Of a DNA stretch of 64,000 nucleotides, positions 41,352 through 50,743 are shown piece by piece. Within the stretch, counting starts at the first letter, position 1. Each line of letters opens with the position of its first letter. Both the position numbers and the translations under genes were made by a program. Where the stretch lies: positions 1,856,001 through 1,920,000 of the forward strand of contig CAXXYH010000003.1 of assembly GCA_963677925.2 (NCBI GenBank), read 5' to 3'. Under the pieces are notes generated by a model. It saw nothing but the letters and a program-made list of their open reading frames with translations, searched no databases and had not been told where the DNA came from. The stretch comes from Spirochaetia bacterium. GTDB lineage: Bacteria; Spirochaetota; Spirochaetia; UBA9216.

Positions 41352-43571
41352 CTAACGTTCAATATTCATGGGAAATCTGATAGTAAAAACCGGAGACGGA
41401 GCTCGTCTCAGCTCAATATTTCCTTCTAATTGAACGACAAGAGCTGATATCAAACTTAGCCCCAGAGTCTCCGGATTATCAAAGTTCACATCCTTCGGAA
41501 AGGGTTTCCCTGAATTTGAAAGAATAAGCAGAAACTGATTATCAGTCTTATCTGCTTTGAAGCTTACAGAAAAACGGGCATCCAAAGAATCCGTGAACCC
41601 ATGTTTAATTGCATTGGTGGCTATTTCATTGATGATTAAACCAATTGAAATTGCCCGGCCTGTTTCTATGCGGATATCGTCCATATTTTTTTCCAGAAAA
41701 ACAGTTTTTTTGTTAAGAGAAAAAACTGACGAAAGCAGCTGCTGAGTGTAATCCTTGATATCAACCTGTGTGCTGTCTTCTCTCTGATACAGCAGTTTTT
41801 CATGTACAATCCGGATTGCATCAATCTGGCTGATAATATCAGATAAATCAATGTCTCCATTCATAGAGGCATTTTTCAGACTTATCAGAGAAGAGATCAT
41901 CATAAGATTATTTTTAACCCGATGATTTAATTCTTTCATCAGATAATCTTTTTCCTTTAAAGCCTTCTCCAATTCAGCTTCCTTTTTTTTCTGCTCACAT
42001 AATTCCCGAAATGAAATATAGCTTCTCTTCCTTCCCCGTCTGTCATTGAAAATGCAGCTGTTCAGTTCAACAGGGATGGATTCTCCTGATGCTGTTTTCA
42101 GAAGCAGTTCTCCTTTAAAATATCCCTTCTCTGTCCTCTGCAGAAGAGCATCGGGGAGTCTATCATCTGTAAGGTCTACAACAGAATTACGGCCGTGTTT
42201 TATCAGCTCCTGCTCTGTAGTCTGAAGAATCTCACAAGCCTTGCGGTTTGCCGAGAAAATGGGACCGTCCGGAGCTGTGAATAAAATACCATCCATACTG
42301 TTTTCGAATAAAAGCTTATATTTTTCATTATTTTCTATTGCTCTTTCTTCGGCAATTTTCCGGGTGGTTATATCCTGTGCAGCACCATGGATTTTTACTA
42401 TCCTGCCTTCTGCATCAAATTCTGCCTCGCCGCGCACCCACATCCAGCCGCGGCTTCCATCAATTTTTACTGTTTCCAGTTCAAGTTCATATGGAATACC
42501 TTTTTCAACAGTTTTTGACAAATTCTCCGTCAGCAGCTTCCAGCTTTCCGGGGTAAATATTTTCCCATGCTCATTGTAAGGGGGCGGCGGTTCGGCCGGA
42601 TCAAATCCATACATTTTATACAGTTCTTCCGACCAGGTAACCTCATTACTTGCAATATCAAGTCGCCAGTTACCTACATGTGCAATACGCTGTGATTCTC
42701 TTAAATCAGCAATACTGTTTTTGAGATTGTTTTCAAGCTTTCTCTGCTCTGTAATATCTTCAAAAACTGTGGCAAAACGACCGATTGAGGGGGCGAAAAC
42801 AGAAATCATAAAGTACTTTTTCATAGGAGGAAAAAAAACTTCAAACCGCTCTGCAATTCCTGTTTCAGCTACCCTTGCATAAACATCAAGATAGGGAGCC
42901 TGTTCAGTTTTATATACTTCAGTTGCAAGTCTGCCTGTAACATCTGCCTTCTTCAGATTGAGAATCTCTTCAAACTTAGGATTTACATCAAGGAGACGAT
43001 AGTCGGCAGCCCGGCCGTCACCATTATATACAAGCTCATGAAGGCAGATACCTTCAATAGTTGATTCAAATAACAACCGATACTGTTTTTCACTCTCCTG
43101 CAGTTCTTTTTCAATATCATATTTTTCAGTTACGTCATGAACGGCTGAATCTGATTTGACAGCTTCCTCGATTTTAAGGTTAGCATCAAAAAGTTTGAAA
43201 GCCATCTTAATAGATGCATCAAGCACTGTAATACCCGAACTTTTAACTACATACCCATATGAAGTTATTTTTTCGGTCCTTCCTACAATTTCGGGTTCCA
43301 TATGACTTGATAGAAAAACAATAGGCAGTTTATGCTCACTCAGAATGATTTCTGCCGCCTCTGTACCGTCAATTCCGACTCCCAAATCGATATCCATCAG
43401 AACAAGGTTGATACCCTCATCAGCAGAAACCACATCAACAGCCTGTTCGCCGGTATTGGCTGTAACAACTCTGTATCCATAGTCTTCCAGCTGCATTTTA
43501 TTTGACATGGCCAGTATGACTTCATCTTCAACCAGCAGTATTTTTTGGTTATCTACATTAATCATGCTCAT
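41352..43571 (-). CDS. Cytoplasmic hybrid kinase REC-PAS-PAS-PAS-HisKA_2-HATPase
   Basis: ILLVEDE...LMDIDL REC; three PAS/PAC segments; ELNHRVKNNL; NEIATNAIKHG. Start set at ATG 43571. Confidence 0.92.
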   Translation of the reverse strand: MSMINVDNQKILLVEDEVILAMSNKMQLEDYGYRVVTANTGEQAVDVVSADEGINLVLMDIDLGVGIDGTEAAEIILSEHKLPIVFLSSHMEPEIVGRTEKITSYGYVVKSSGITVLDASIKMAFKLFDANLKIEEAVKSDSAVHDVTEKYDIEKELQESEKQYRLLFESTIEGICLHELVYNGDGRAADYRLLDVNPKFEEILNLKKADVTGRLATEVYKTEQAPYLDVYARVAETGIAERFEVFFPPMKKYFMISVFAPSIGRFATVFEDITEQRKLENNLKNSIADLRESQRIAHVGNWRLDIASNEVTWSEELYKMYGFDPAEPPPPYNEHGKIFTPESWKLLTENLSKTVEKGIPYELELETVKIDGSRGWMWVRGEAEFDAEGRIVKIHGAAQDITTRKIAEERAIENNEKYKLLFENSMDGILFTAPDGPIFSANRKACEILQTTEQELIKHGRNSVVDLTDDRLPDALLQRTEKGYFKGELLLKTASGESIPVELNSCIFNDRRGRKRSYISFRELCEQKKKEAELEKALKEKDYLMKELNHRVKNNLMMISSLISLKNASMNGDIDLSDIISQIDAIRIVHEKLLYQREDSTQVDIKDYTQQLLSSVFSLNKKTVFLEKNMDDIRIETGRAISIGLIINEIATNAIKHGFTDSLDARFSVSFKADKTDNQFLLILSNSGKPFPKDVNFDNPETLGLSLISALVVQLEGNIELRRAPSPVFTIRFPMNIER

Positions 43572-43683
43572 CTCTCGCTTTGACTCTTCGGTTAAATTAC
43601 AGCTCCTTTTTAAGGATAATCTATTTACAGCACTTGTCAAACTAAGGATTGTTTTTTAACTAATTTAGTCCCCTTTCCCAATA

Positions 43684-43723
43684 TTGACAAAAACCAACCT
43701 ATTGTGTATATTTTTATCGATAT
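43684..43723 (+). promoter_or_regulatory. sigma70 promoter of the catalytic hydrogenase with shared 17-bp element
   Basis: TTGACA(43684-89)-17bp-TATATT(43707-12), continuing as TATATTTTTATCGATAT. Confidence 0.8.
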
Positions 43724-43768
43724 AAAACTACTGTTTTAATATCAAATAACCTCAGGGGGGAACATTTA

Positions 43769-45232
43769 ATGAGTAATGTAAAACTTACAAGCAATCTGAA
43801 CAAACAGGTACTGGTAAATATTATAAAGGCTTTTGACTCGGTGGATTTCCCCTCATCAGCCTATAAAATTCCATACCGGATGAGGCCTAAACACAGTGAT
43901 GCTCAGTACAGATGCTGTATTCATAAAGAAAGAGCTGCTATCCGGGAGCGGGTAATTGCCGGACTGGGATTTTCTGTAAGTGAAGACAACCATGAGAAAC
44001 CGCTCTTTGATTACGCCTATGAGGCACTCGAAAGAACCAGGCCCTCGGACCAGGTAATAACGGCCATAGATACCGCCTGTAAGGGATGTGTTCCGGTACA
44101 GATTCACGTAACCGATATGTGTCAGGGCTGTGTAGCCCAATCATGTGTAGCATCCTGTAAATTCAATGCAATAAGCATTGTTAACGGAAAAGCCGCAATC
44201 GATCCGAAACTCTGCAAGAACTGCACTAAATGTATAGGCGCATGCTCATACAGCGCCATAGCAAAACTCAGGGTCCCCTGCGAAGAGGTCTGCCCGGTCA
44301 AAGCCATCAGCAAGAATGAGCTTGGTGTAGTTGAGGTCGATCATGAACGCTGTATAAGCTGCGGAGCCTGTGTCTCGGGATGCCCATTCGGTGCTGTTAA
44401 TGAAAGAAGCCAGATTATCGATGTACTTAAGGCGATACGAAGCGACAGACCTGTGGTTGCCATGCTTGCGCCATCAATGGAAGGCCAGTTTCCCGAATCA
44501 ATACGGAAACTTGCCACAGCACTGGTTTCGATGGGCTTTGACCATGTACTGGAAGCGGCAGAAGGTGCTGATATAACAACCAGACACGAGGCGGAGGAAT
44601 TTGCTCACAAGATGAATGAAGGGAACCCCTTCATGACCACATCCTGCTGTGCTGCATACAGGGAACTTGTGGCAAAACATGTGCCTGAACTTAAAGACTA
44701 TATATCAGAAACGCCCACGCCCATGCATTATACTGCAGAAATTGCCAAAGAACGGTATGAGAACTGCATTACGGTATTTATAGGCCCCTGTATGGCCAAG
44801 CGAAAAGAAGCAATTTACGATGACGATGTTGATTTTGTTATGAGTGCCGAGGAAATCGGTGCAATGCTGGTCGCCAGGGGAATTGAACTGAGCGAATGCG
44901 AGGACTACTTCTTCCAGAGCGCATCATCAAAAGAGGCCCGGGAGTTTGCCGTAAGCGGCGGAGTATCTGCAGCAGTTAAATCGGCAGCCGGTCAGGATGC
45001 AGAGGTAAAACCCTTCTGCGTAGACGGTCTGGACCGCAAAACGATTGCCCTGCTTAAATCCTTTGCAAAAAAGGGTGCATGCAGCGAAGGCAATCTCATT
45101 GAGGTAATGGCCTGTCAGGGCGGCTGCGTCGGCGGTTCATCAATAGTCAACACATCAAAAGCCGCAGCGGCAAAGGTGAAAGCCTATGCAGAGCAGGGTA
45201 TATCAATAAACAGCTGCTGCGCTTCAGTCTGA
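43769..45232 (+). CDS. hydA: Monomeric [FeFe]-hydrogenase (group B/HfsD-like)
   Basis: RCCIHKERA; several ferredoxin Cys motifs; P1 TTSCCA, P2 GPCMAKRKE, P3 EVMACQGGCVGG. Confidence 0.93.
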   Translation: MSNVKLTSNLNKQVLVNIIKAFDSVDFPSSAYKIPYRMRPKHSDAQYRCCIHKERAAIRERVIAGLGFSVSEDNHEKPLFDYAYEALERTRPSDQVITAIDTACKGCVPVQIHVTDMCQGCVAQSCVASCKFNAISIVNGKAAIDPKLCKNCTKCIGACSYSAIAKLRVPCEEVCPVKAISKNELGVVEVDHERCISCGACVSGCPFGAVNERSQIIDVLKAIRSDRPVVAMLAPSMEGQFPESIRKLATALVSMGFDHVLEAAEGADITTRHEAEEFAHKMNEGNPFMTTSCCAAYRELVAKHVPELKDYISETPTPMHYTAEIAKERYENCITVFIGPCMAKRKEAIYDDDVDFVMSAEEIGAMLVARGIELSECEDYFFQSASSKEAREFAVSGGVSAAVKSAAGQDAEVKPFCVDGLDRKTIALLKSFAKKGACSEGNLIEVMACQGGCVGGSSIVNTSKAAAAKVKAYAEQGISINSCCASV

Positions 45233-45240
45233 ACAGTCTG

Positions 45241-45257
45241 GCCCCGGACAGCGGGGC
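45241..45257 (+). terminator. Hairpin after hydA
   Basis: GCCCCG-5nt-CGGGGC; weak tail. Confidence 0.45.
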
Positions 45258-45340
45258 TACAAATGCCAGAAATAATTGATATTTTTTTATATTTGGGAAT
45301 TCGGGTAAAATTTTATTATCTTATATAGACAGGAGTTTAT

Positions 45341-46297
45341 ATGAATACTAAAAGATTACTAATTAATAATACAGATTTGAATGTTTCACCAATAAATTTC
45401 GGAGGAAATGTATTCGGATGGACGCTTGACGAGAAAAAGTCGTTTGACATACTCGACAAATTCACTGAAGGCGGATTCAATTTCATTGACACTGCAGATA
45501 TTTACTCGCACTGGGTAAGCGGCAGCAATGGCGGAGAGTCTGAAACTATAATCGGCAAATGGTTTAACTCCAGAAAAAACCGGAAGGATATTATTCTGGC
45601 AACAAAGACCGGGGGAGCATCCTCCCATCATCCGGTAGATACAAGCAGAGCGCATATTCTGAAAAGCGTCGATGACAGTCTAAAAAGGCTGCAGACCGAT
45701 TATATCGACCTCTATTATACTCACTTCGATGATGAGAAAACCCCGGTAGAGGAAACCCTGTCCGCATACGATGAGATTATAAAGGCAGGAAAGGTGCGCT
45801 ACATAGCTGCATCAAATATTTCACCGGCCCGGTTTACTGAATCTATGGACACTGCCGAGAAGAACAGCCTGCCCTCCTACGTTGCTCTGCAGCCTCATTA
45901 CAATCTTATAGTCAGAGACAAGTTTGAGAATGAATATGCCCCGATGGTAAAAAAATACAACTTGAGTGTTTTTACATACTGGTCCCTGGAGGCAGGATTT
46001 CTTACAGGCAAGTACCGCAAGGATGAGGACTTCGAAGCCAGTGTGAGAGGCGGAGGCATAAAGCAGCATTTTAACGACAGGGGAAAAGCAGTTCTGAAAG
46101 CCCTTGATGAAGTATCCGCAAAGCACGAAAGTACTCCAGCCGCTGTCTCACTTGCGTGGCTTATGGCAAATCCGCTGGTTACAGCACCGATAGTAAGTGC
46201 AACAAGTGAATCTCAGCTTAATACAATTTTTTCATCTGTGGAGCTTAAGCTTGATACTGAAGATATAGAAAAACTGACAGCTGCCGGAGATGCGTAA
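45341..46297 (+). CDS. Aldo/keto reductase
   Basis: FGGNVFGW, FIDTADIY, SLKRLQTDYIDLYYTH, GKVRYIAASN, LQPHYNL. Confidence 0.95.
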   Translation: MNTKRLLINNTDLNVSPINFGGNVFGWTLDEKKSFDILDKFTEGGFNFIDTADIYSHWVSGSNGGESETIIGKWFNSRKNRKDIILATKTGGASSHHPVDTSRAHILKSVDDSLKRLQTDYIDLYYTHFDDEKTPVEETLSAYDEIIKAGKVRYIAASNISPARFTESMDTAEKNSLPSYVALQPHYNLIVRDKFENEYAPMVKKYNLSVFTYWSLEAGFLTGKYRKDEDFEASVRGGGIKQHFNDRGKAVLKALDEVSAKHESTPAAVSLAWLMANPLVTAPIVSATSESQLNTIFSSVELKLDTEDIEKLTAAGDA

Positions 46298-46358
46298 AAC
46301 TTGTAAAAAACACACAACTATGATAGCGTCATAGCATCAAGCAAACAAGGAAAGGCAT

Positions 46359-46820
46359 TTGGAATCCGGACTGGACAAGACTGACAATGAAATTGTAAAA
46401 CTTCTTAAGGTTAACGGCAGGATGCCAAATACCGACATAGCCAAACAGATTGGAATATCTGAGGCTACTGTACGAAACCGGATTAAGCGGCTGCTTGATG
46501 AGAACTACATATCAATAGTTGCCGTTCCAAACCATGTAAAACTTGGATATGAGGTAGCCGGTAACATTCACCTGAAAATTGAAACATCAAAGCTGAAGGC
46601 AATAATTGCCGAGCTTAAGAAACTTCAGGAACTTGAATACATCGCGCATACTTCGGGTGATTCGCAGATAGAAGTCGATTTCAGCGTGACCAATATGGAA
46701 GAACTTCATATCCTCCTCACTGAAAAGATTGGCAGGATTGAAGGAGTCCTTGAATACCGATATTACATAGCAATTCAGTACTTCAAGGACACATATAATA
46801 TGCGGAAAATGCTGTCGTAA
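46359..46820 (+). CDS. Lrp/AsnC family regulator
   Basis: LDKTDNEIVKLLKVNGRMPNTDIAKQIGISEATVRNRIKRL; TTG start. Confidence 0.93.
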   Translation: MESGLDKTDNEIVKLLKVNGRMPNTDIAKQIGISEATVRNRIKRLLDENYISIVAVPNHVKLGYEVAGNIHLKIETSKLKAIIAELKKLQELEYIAHTSGDSQIEVDFSVTNMEELHILLTEKIGRIEGVLEYRYYIAIQYFKDTYNMRKMLS

Positions 46821-46843
46821 TGTATTTAAAACAAAACAATACC

Positions 46844-46872
46844 AAAGGGGGTCCTGCAAAGAACCCCCTTTT
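46844..46872. terminator. Bidirectional terminator between convergent lrp and SBP genes
   Basis: AAAGGGGGTCC...GAACCCCCTTTT. Confidence 0.8.
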
Positions 46873-46879
46873 ATTATTT

Positions 46880-48532
46880 TTACTTAGCCTGAATATTAAA
46901 GAATGTAAGCGGATTTATCCATGATGACAGACCGCCCATTGCAGGAGTGTATCCTGTGAAGTCTTCTGAATTAACAGGACATATCACCTGAGCTCTGAAC
47001 ATTACTCCGAAAGGGAGATCCTCTGAAAGGATTTTCTGCATTTCTTTTCTGTACATGTTCTTTTCTTCGAGAGAACTTGCAGCCATCATATTATCCATCG
47101 CGGTGTCAAATTCACTGCTGTTGTAATACGAGGTATTCCAGCCTGAACCGCCGTTGTCCCAGCCTCTAAAGTAATCCCAGAACCATTCGCCGTTCGGACC
47201 GGGGCCGTCAGATGAAAGTGCAAAATCAAACTGATCCTCATCCGGAGCATAGATGAAATCGTAGAATGTGTCCTGGTCAACCATCTTAAGCTGAATATCA
47301 AGACCGATTTCTCTAAGCATCTCGCCGATGATTGTTCCTGATTTTACGTTAACCGCATAGGCGGAACTTATCAGGAATTCAAAGCTGAGGTTGCCGCTTC
47401 CGTTTTTATTATTTCTGATTCCGTCTCCGTCGGTATCAACATAACCTGCAGCATCAAGAATTGATGCTGCCTTTACCGGGTCATAGGGATATCTGGTGAC
47501 GTCATCGTTGTACCAGTCAAGTTCCTCATAAACAAGGCTGTCTGCAGGTTCACAGTAGCCGAGAAATGCCATATCAATCACCCTGTCGACATCGATGGCG
47601 GTCATAATAGCCTTTCTGACCTCGACATCTTCTACGCCGCTGACTTTATGCAGATTAAAGTTCAGCCAGGTAAGGTTCAGGCCCGGAGAAAGGATTATAT
47701 CCATTCCATCCTTGTTCTCAAATTCCTGGGCAACAACCGGAGAGACGCCAAGATAACCCAGCATGTCAATTTCTCCGTTTTTAAGAGCCATGTTTCTTGT
47801 ATCTTCGGTTCCGTAGATTTTGAAAATAATTTCATCAACACCGGGTTTTCCAGCCCAGTAATTTTCATTAGCCTCAAGCCAGACGTACTGTCCGGCTTTA
47901 AATTCTTTCACTTTATATGGCCCTGAACCAGGCATATGCTCGTTCGGATATGACTTCATGTCATCCTTGTATTCTTCCCAAATATGTTTTGGGAGAACCG
48001 GTCCCCAGTACATCGGCAGATAAGGCATTCCGAAAGTGTTTGTCATTGTTATCTCGATTGTATAATCATCTATAACTTTCATTGACTCATACTCAAAATC
48101 AACCATATCCCATGCAGGATCGGATTTCGGAAGGTAGTCAAATGTGAACTCAACATCATATGCAGTAAGCGGTGCGCCATCGTGAAAGGTAACATCATCT
48201 CTCAGATAGAAAGTCCAGGTCTTCATATCATCAGAATGCTCCCAGCGTTCTGCAAGCATGGGTTTAACTGCATAATTCTCATCTTCAGCGCCCATAATCC
48301 AGAGCTGATCATAGCAGAGCTGCCAGAGAACACAGCCCATCTCAAGGTACTGCCAGTCTTCATCAACAATTGTGTTATCAAGGCTCTGACCGTCGGTCCA
48401 GCCTACATTCAGCCTTATCTTCTCTGCCTTATCAGATTCCTGCGAACCGGCGGCGAACAGAGAACTGACAGTAAATAAAGCAAGCAGCACAAGCGTAAGC
48501 AGCAGTTTGCCTGATTTTAAATTTAATTTCAT
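46880..48532 (-). CDS. ABC transporter substrate-binding protein, family 5 (peptide/opine/nickel)
   Basis: Signal peptide with AAGSQE; PMLAERWE, TFHDGAPLTAYDV, GSGPY, YW.GKP. Confidence 0.93.
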   Translation of the reverse strand: MKLNLKSGKLLLTLVLLALFTVSSLFAAGSQESDKAEKIRLNVGWTDGQSLDNTIVDEDWQYLEMGCVLWQLCYDQLWIMGAEDENYAVKPMLAERWEHSDDMKTWTFYLRDDVTFHDGAPLTAYDVEFTFDYLPKSDPAWDMVDFEYESMKVIDDYTIEITMTNTFGMPYLPMYWGPVLPKHIWEEYKDDMKSYPNEHMPGSGPYKVKEFKAGQYVWLEANENYWAGKPGVDEIIFKIYGTEDTRNMALKNGEIDMLGYLGVSPVVAQEFENKDGMDIILSPGLNLTWLNFNLHKVSGVEDVEVRKAIMTAIDVDRVIDMAFLGYCEPADSLVYEELDWYNDDVTRYPYDPVKAASILDAAGYVDTDGDGIRNNKNGSGNLSFEFLISSAYAVNVKSGTIIGEMLREIGLDIQLKMVDQDTFYDFIYAPDEDQFDFALSSDGPGPNGEWFWDYFRGWDNGGSGWNTSYYNSSEFDTAMDNMMAASSLEEKNMYRKEMQKILSEDLPFGVMFRAQVICPVNSEDFTGYTPAMGGLSSWINPLTFFNIQAK

Positions 48533-48560
48533 TTTCTTCTCCTCATTTTTTTAAATAAGG

Positions 48561-48577
48561 AGCAAGGTCTGTGCCAA
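48561..48577 (-). promoter_or_regulatory. sigma54 (-24/-12) promoter of the SBP gene
   Basis: Minus strand TTGGCACAGACCTTGCT = TGGCAC-N5-TTGC(A/T), 28 bp upstream of the ATG. Confidence 0.8.
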
Positions 48578-48743
48578 TCATCAGAAAAGCTGCAGGCTTC
48601 GCAGATAAGTTCTTTATATACAAAGAATAGTTTTATATGTAAATTTATCAGGTTTTATCATTCACATACATATTTGTAGGATTACAGCAACACTGACACA
48701 TAAATGTATGATATTCGCATGCTAAACAACTCTTTTCGTAATT

Positions 48744-48778
48744 AAAAAGCGCTCTTGATACGAAACCAAGAGCGCTTT
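48744..48778 (-). terminator. Intrinsic terminator after the amidohydrolase gene
   Basis: 12-bp perfect stem AAAGCGCTCTTG/CAAGAGCGCTTT with U-tail on the minus strand. Confidence 0.85.
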
Positions 48779-48806
48779 AACGAAATACTGCAAGAATGCC
48801 GGCATC

Positions 48807-50579
48807 TTATTCTGCCTGAAACACCTTCTTTCCTTCAAAAAAGGTCATTAGCACCTTCAGTTCGGAAACATCTTCGATATCAGCTTCAAATACATTCCGA
48901 TCCAGAACAATAAGGTCGGCAAGCTTTCCGGGTTCAATTGAACCGAGATCCTTTTCAAGGAAATCTGCCCTTGCACCGTTAATGGTTGCAGCCTCTACAG
49001 CTTCTTCCATTGTCATGCATTCCTCAGCGGAGCCTAGCGGACCAATCATTCCCGGCTCAAGCATTATTGAATGATCGGTTGTTCTTACTGTTTTATCCGC
49101 ATCCGGACCTTTCTCGGCTCTGAACACCTTTTCAGGCTGGGTTCTGGTAACAGCACTGTAGAGAGCCCATCCGTAATCCGGATCCGTGACCGAGAAATCA
49201 CAGTGAAATGAGGTATTAAGCCCGGCTTTCATCAGGCTGGCTCCGGGGTACTGCCTGTTAAAGGCACGCTCAGCCCCCAGATATGGATAATAAAGCTCCC
49301 AGTAATAATCATCAATTATTGACCAGTAGGGTGCAATCACTGCATTCATACCCATATCGACCATCCGCTTCACATCTGCATCATCTATTACCTGAACATG
49401 CACAAAGGTATGGCGTGAATCACGCTCACCGTTTTTATCTCTGGCGTATTCAAGGGCATCAAGTCCGTAAGAAGCAGCTGCATCGCCAATCTGATGAATA
49501 TGCAGGTTATATCCTTCTGCGTCGATCTTCCGGAAGGCCTCATTTAGAAAATCCTGCTCCCAGACTTTTATTCCGTACCAGTTGTCGTCTCTATGCATAT
49601 ATGGCTCTTTCATGTAGCCGGTTTCTTCTTCAATTACCTGGTCAACAAAAAATTTAAAAGACTGTACCTGCCAGTGCGGAGTCTGAAAGGTATTGGAAAG
49701 CTCTAGTCCCTTTGCAATCAGTTCATCAAGCGACATCTCGGGTTTAAAATCTTCCGCCTGTCCGTCTCCTCCGCCGACCATTTCAGGAGTAACCATCCAG
49801 GATCCACGGTAGCGGACAGTCAGCCGGCCCTCTCTGGCAAGTTCCTCATATGCATTATAATAATCCGGATTAAAGTATACGATTGCGTCATGACAGCTGG
49901 TAAGACCGACAGAATTAAACCATTTTTGCAGCCACAAAAGGCCCTGCTTATACTGTTCTTTGGTCGGCGCGGGAAACAGGGCATTGATAGGGTCTCTGGC
50001 CGATTCAGTCAGAAGTCCCGTCGGTTCTCCTGTAGCAGGATCTTTTTTGATTACCCCTCCTGCAGGATCGGGTGTTTCAGATGTAATGCCTGCCATTTCA
50101 AGAGCCTTCGTATTCACCCAGACTGAATGCCCGTCTACAGAATCAAGAGCCATCGGCCGGTCAGAGACAATGGCATCGAGGTCTTCCTTCACAGGACCCG
50201 CCTCTCCGAATGCCGATCTCAGATATCCGCCTCCGATGTAGTATTCAGAATCCGGATTATTCTTAACAAACGCTCTGATCCTTTCAAGATATTCGTCCCT
50301 GGTAAAAGCGCCTCGAAGCTGAATGTGATACAGATAGGGAACAGCGCACCTGGCTGGATGCATATGGGAATCAACAAAGGCAGGCATTAAAAGTTTGCCT
50401 TCAAGATCGATAACCTCGGTGGATTCTCCTGCATATTTTTTAATCTCTTCTCCTGTGCCTACAGCAATGATGCGGCCGTCTTTTACAGCAACAGCTTCTG
50501 CCCTGCTTCTGTGCTCATCAACCGTGTAAACAAAAGCATTTGTCAGAATAAGCTCTGCAATATTTTTATTTTCATTCAT
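48807..50579 (-). CDS. Amidohydrolase family 3 (YtcJ-like)
   Basis: PAFVDSHMH, GHSVWVNTKALE, HQIGDAA, RHTFVH, GSIEPGKLADLIVLD. Confidence 0.93.
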   Translation of the reverse strand: MNENKNIAELILTNAFVYTVDEHRSRAEAVAVKDGRIIAVGTGEEIKKYAGESTEVIDLEGKLLMPAFVDSHMHPARCAVPYLYHIQLRGAFTRDEYLERIRAFVKNNPDSEYYIGGGYLRSAFGEAGPVKEDLDAIVSDRPMALDSVDGHSVWVNTKALEMAGITSETPDPAGGVIKKDPATGEPTGLLTESARDPINALFPAPTKEQYKQGLLWLQKWFNSVGLTSCHDAIVYFNPDYYNAYEELAREGRLTVRYRGSWMVTPEMVGGGDGQAEDFKPEMSLDELIAKGLELSNTFQTPHWQVQSFKFFVDQVIEEETGYMKEPYMHRDDNWYGIKVWEQDFLNEAFRKIDAEGYNLHIHQIGDAAASYGLDALEYARDKNGERDSRHTFVHVQVIDDADVKRMVDMGMNAVIAPYWSIIDDYYWELYYPYLGAERAFNRQYPGASLMKAGLNTSFHCDFSVTDPDYGWALYSAVTRTQPEKVFRAEKGPDADKTVRTTDHSIMLEPGMIGPLGSAEECMTMEEAVEAATINGARADFLEKDLGSIEPGKLADLIVLDRNVFEADIEDVSELKVLMTFFEGKKVFQAE

Positions 50580-50743
50580 GTTTTTCTACCTCAGCCGTAG
50601 TATTTCGATTTTTTAAAAATATAACAAGATAATTTACTGTCATAAATGTAAAATAATCTTGCGCATATCAATATCTCATGCTACATTGCCTCTATATTCG
50701 TATTTTTAATACGATATTCGTATATCAAAAATTGGAGGGTTCT

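Noticed and set aside
43769-45257. Selenocysteine read-through at the hydA TGA followed by a hairpin
   Set aside because: The H-domain is already complete before the TGA; the hairpin is more simply a terminator or stability element
48533-48806. Riboswitch or sRNA in the long intergenic region
   Set aside because: No recognisable aptamer; the region is explained by a terminator, upstream sites and a sigma54 promoter
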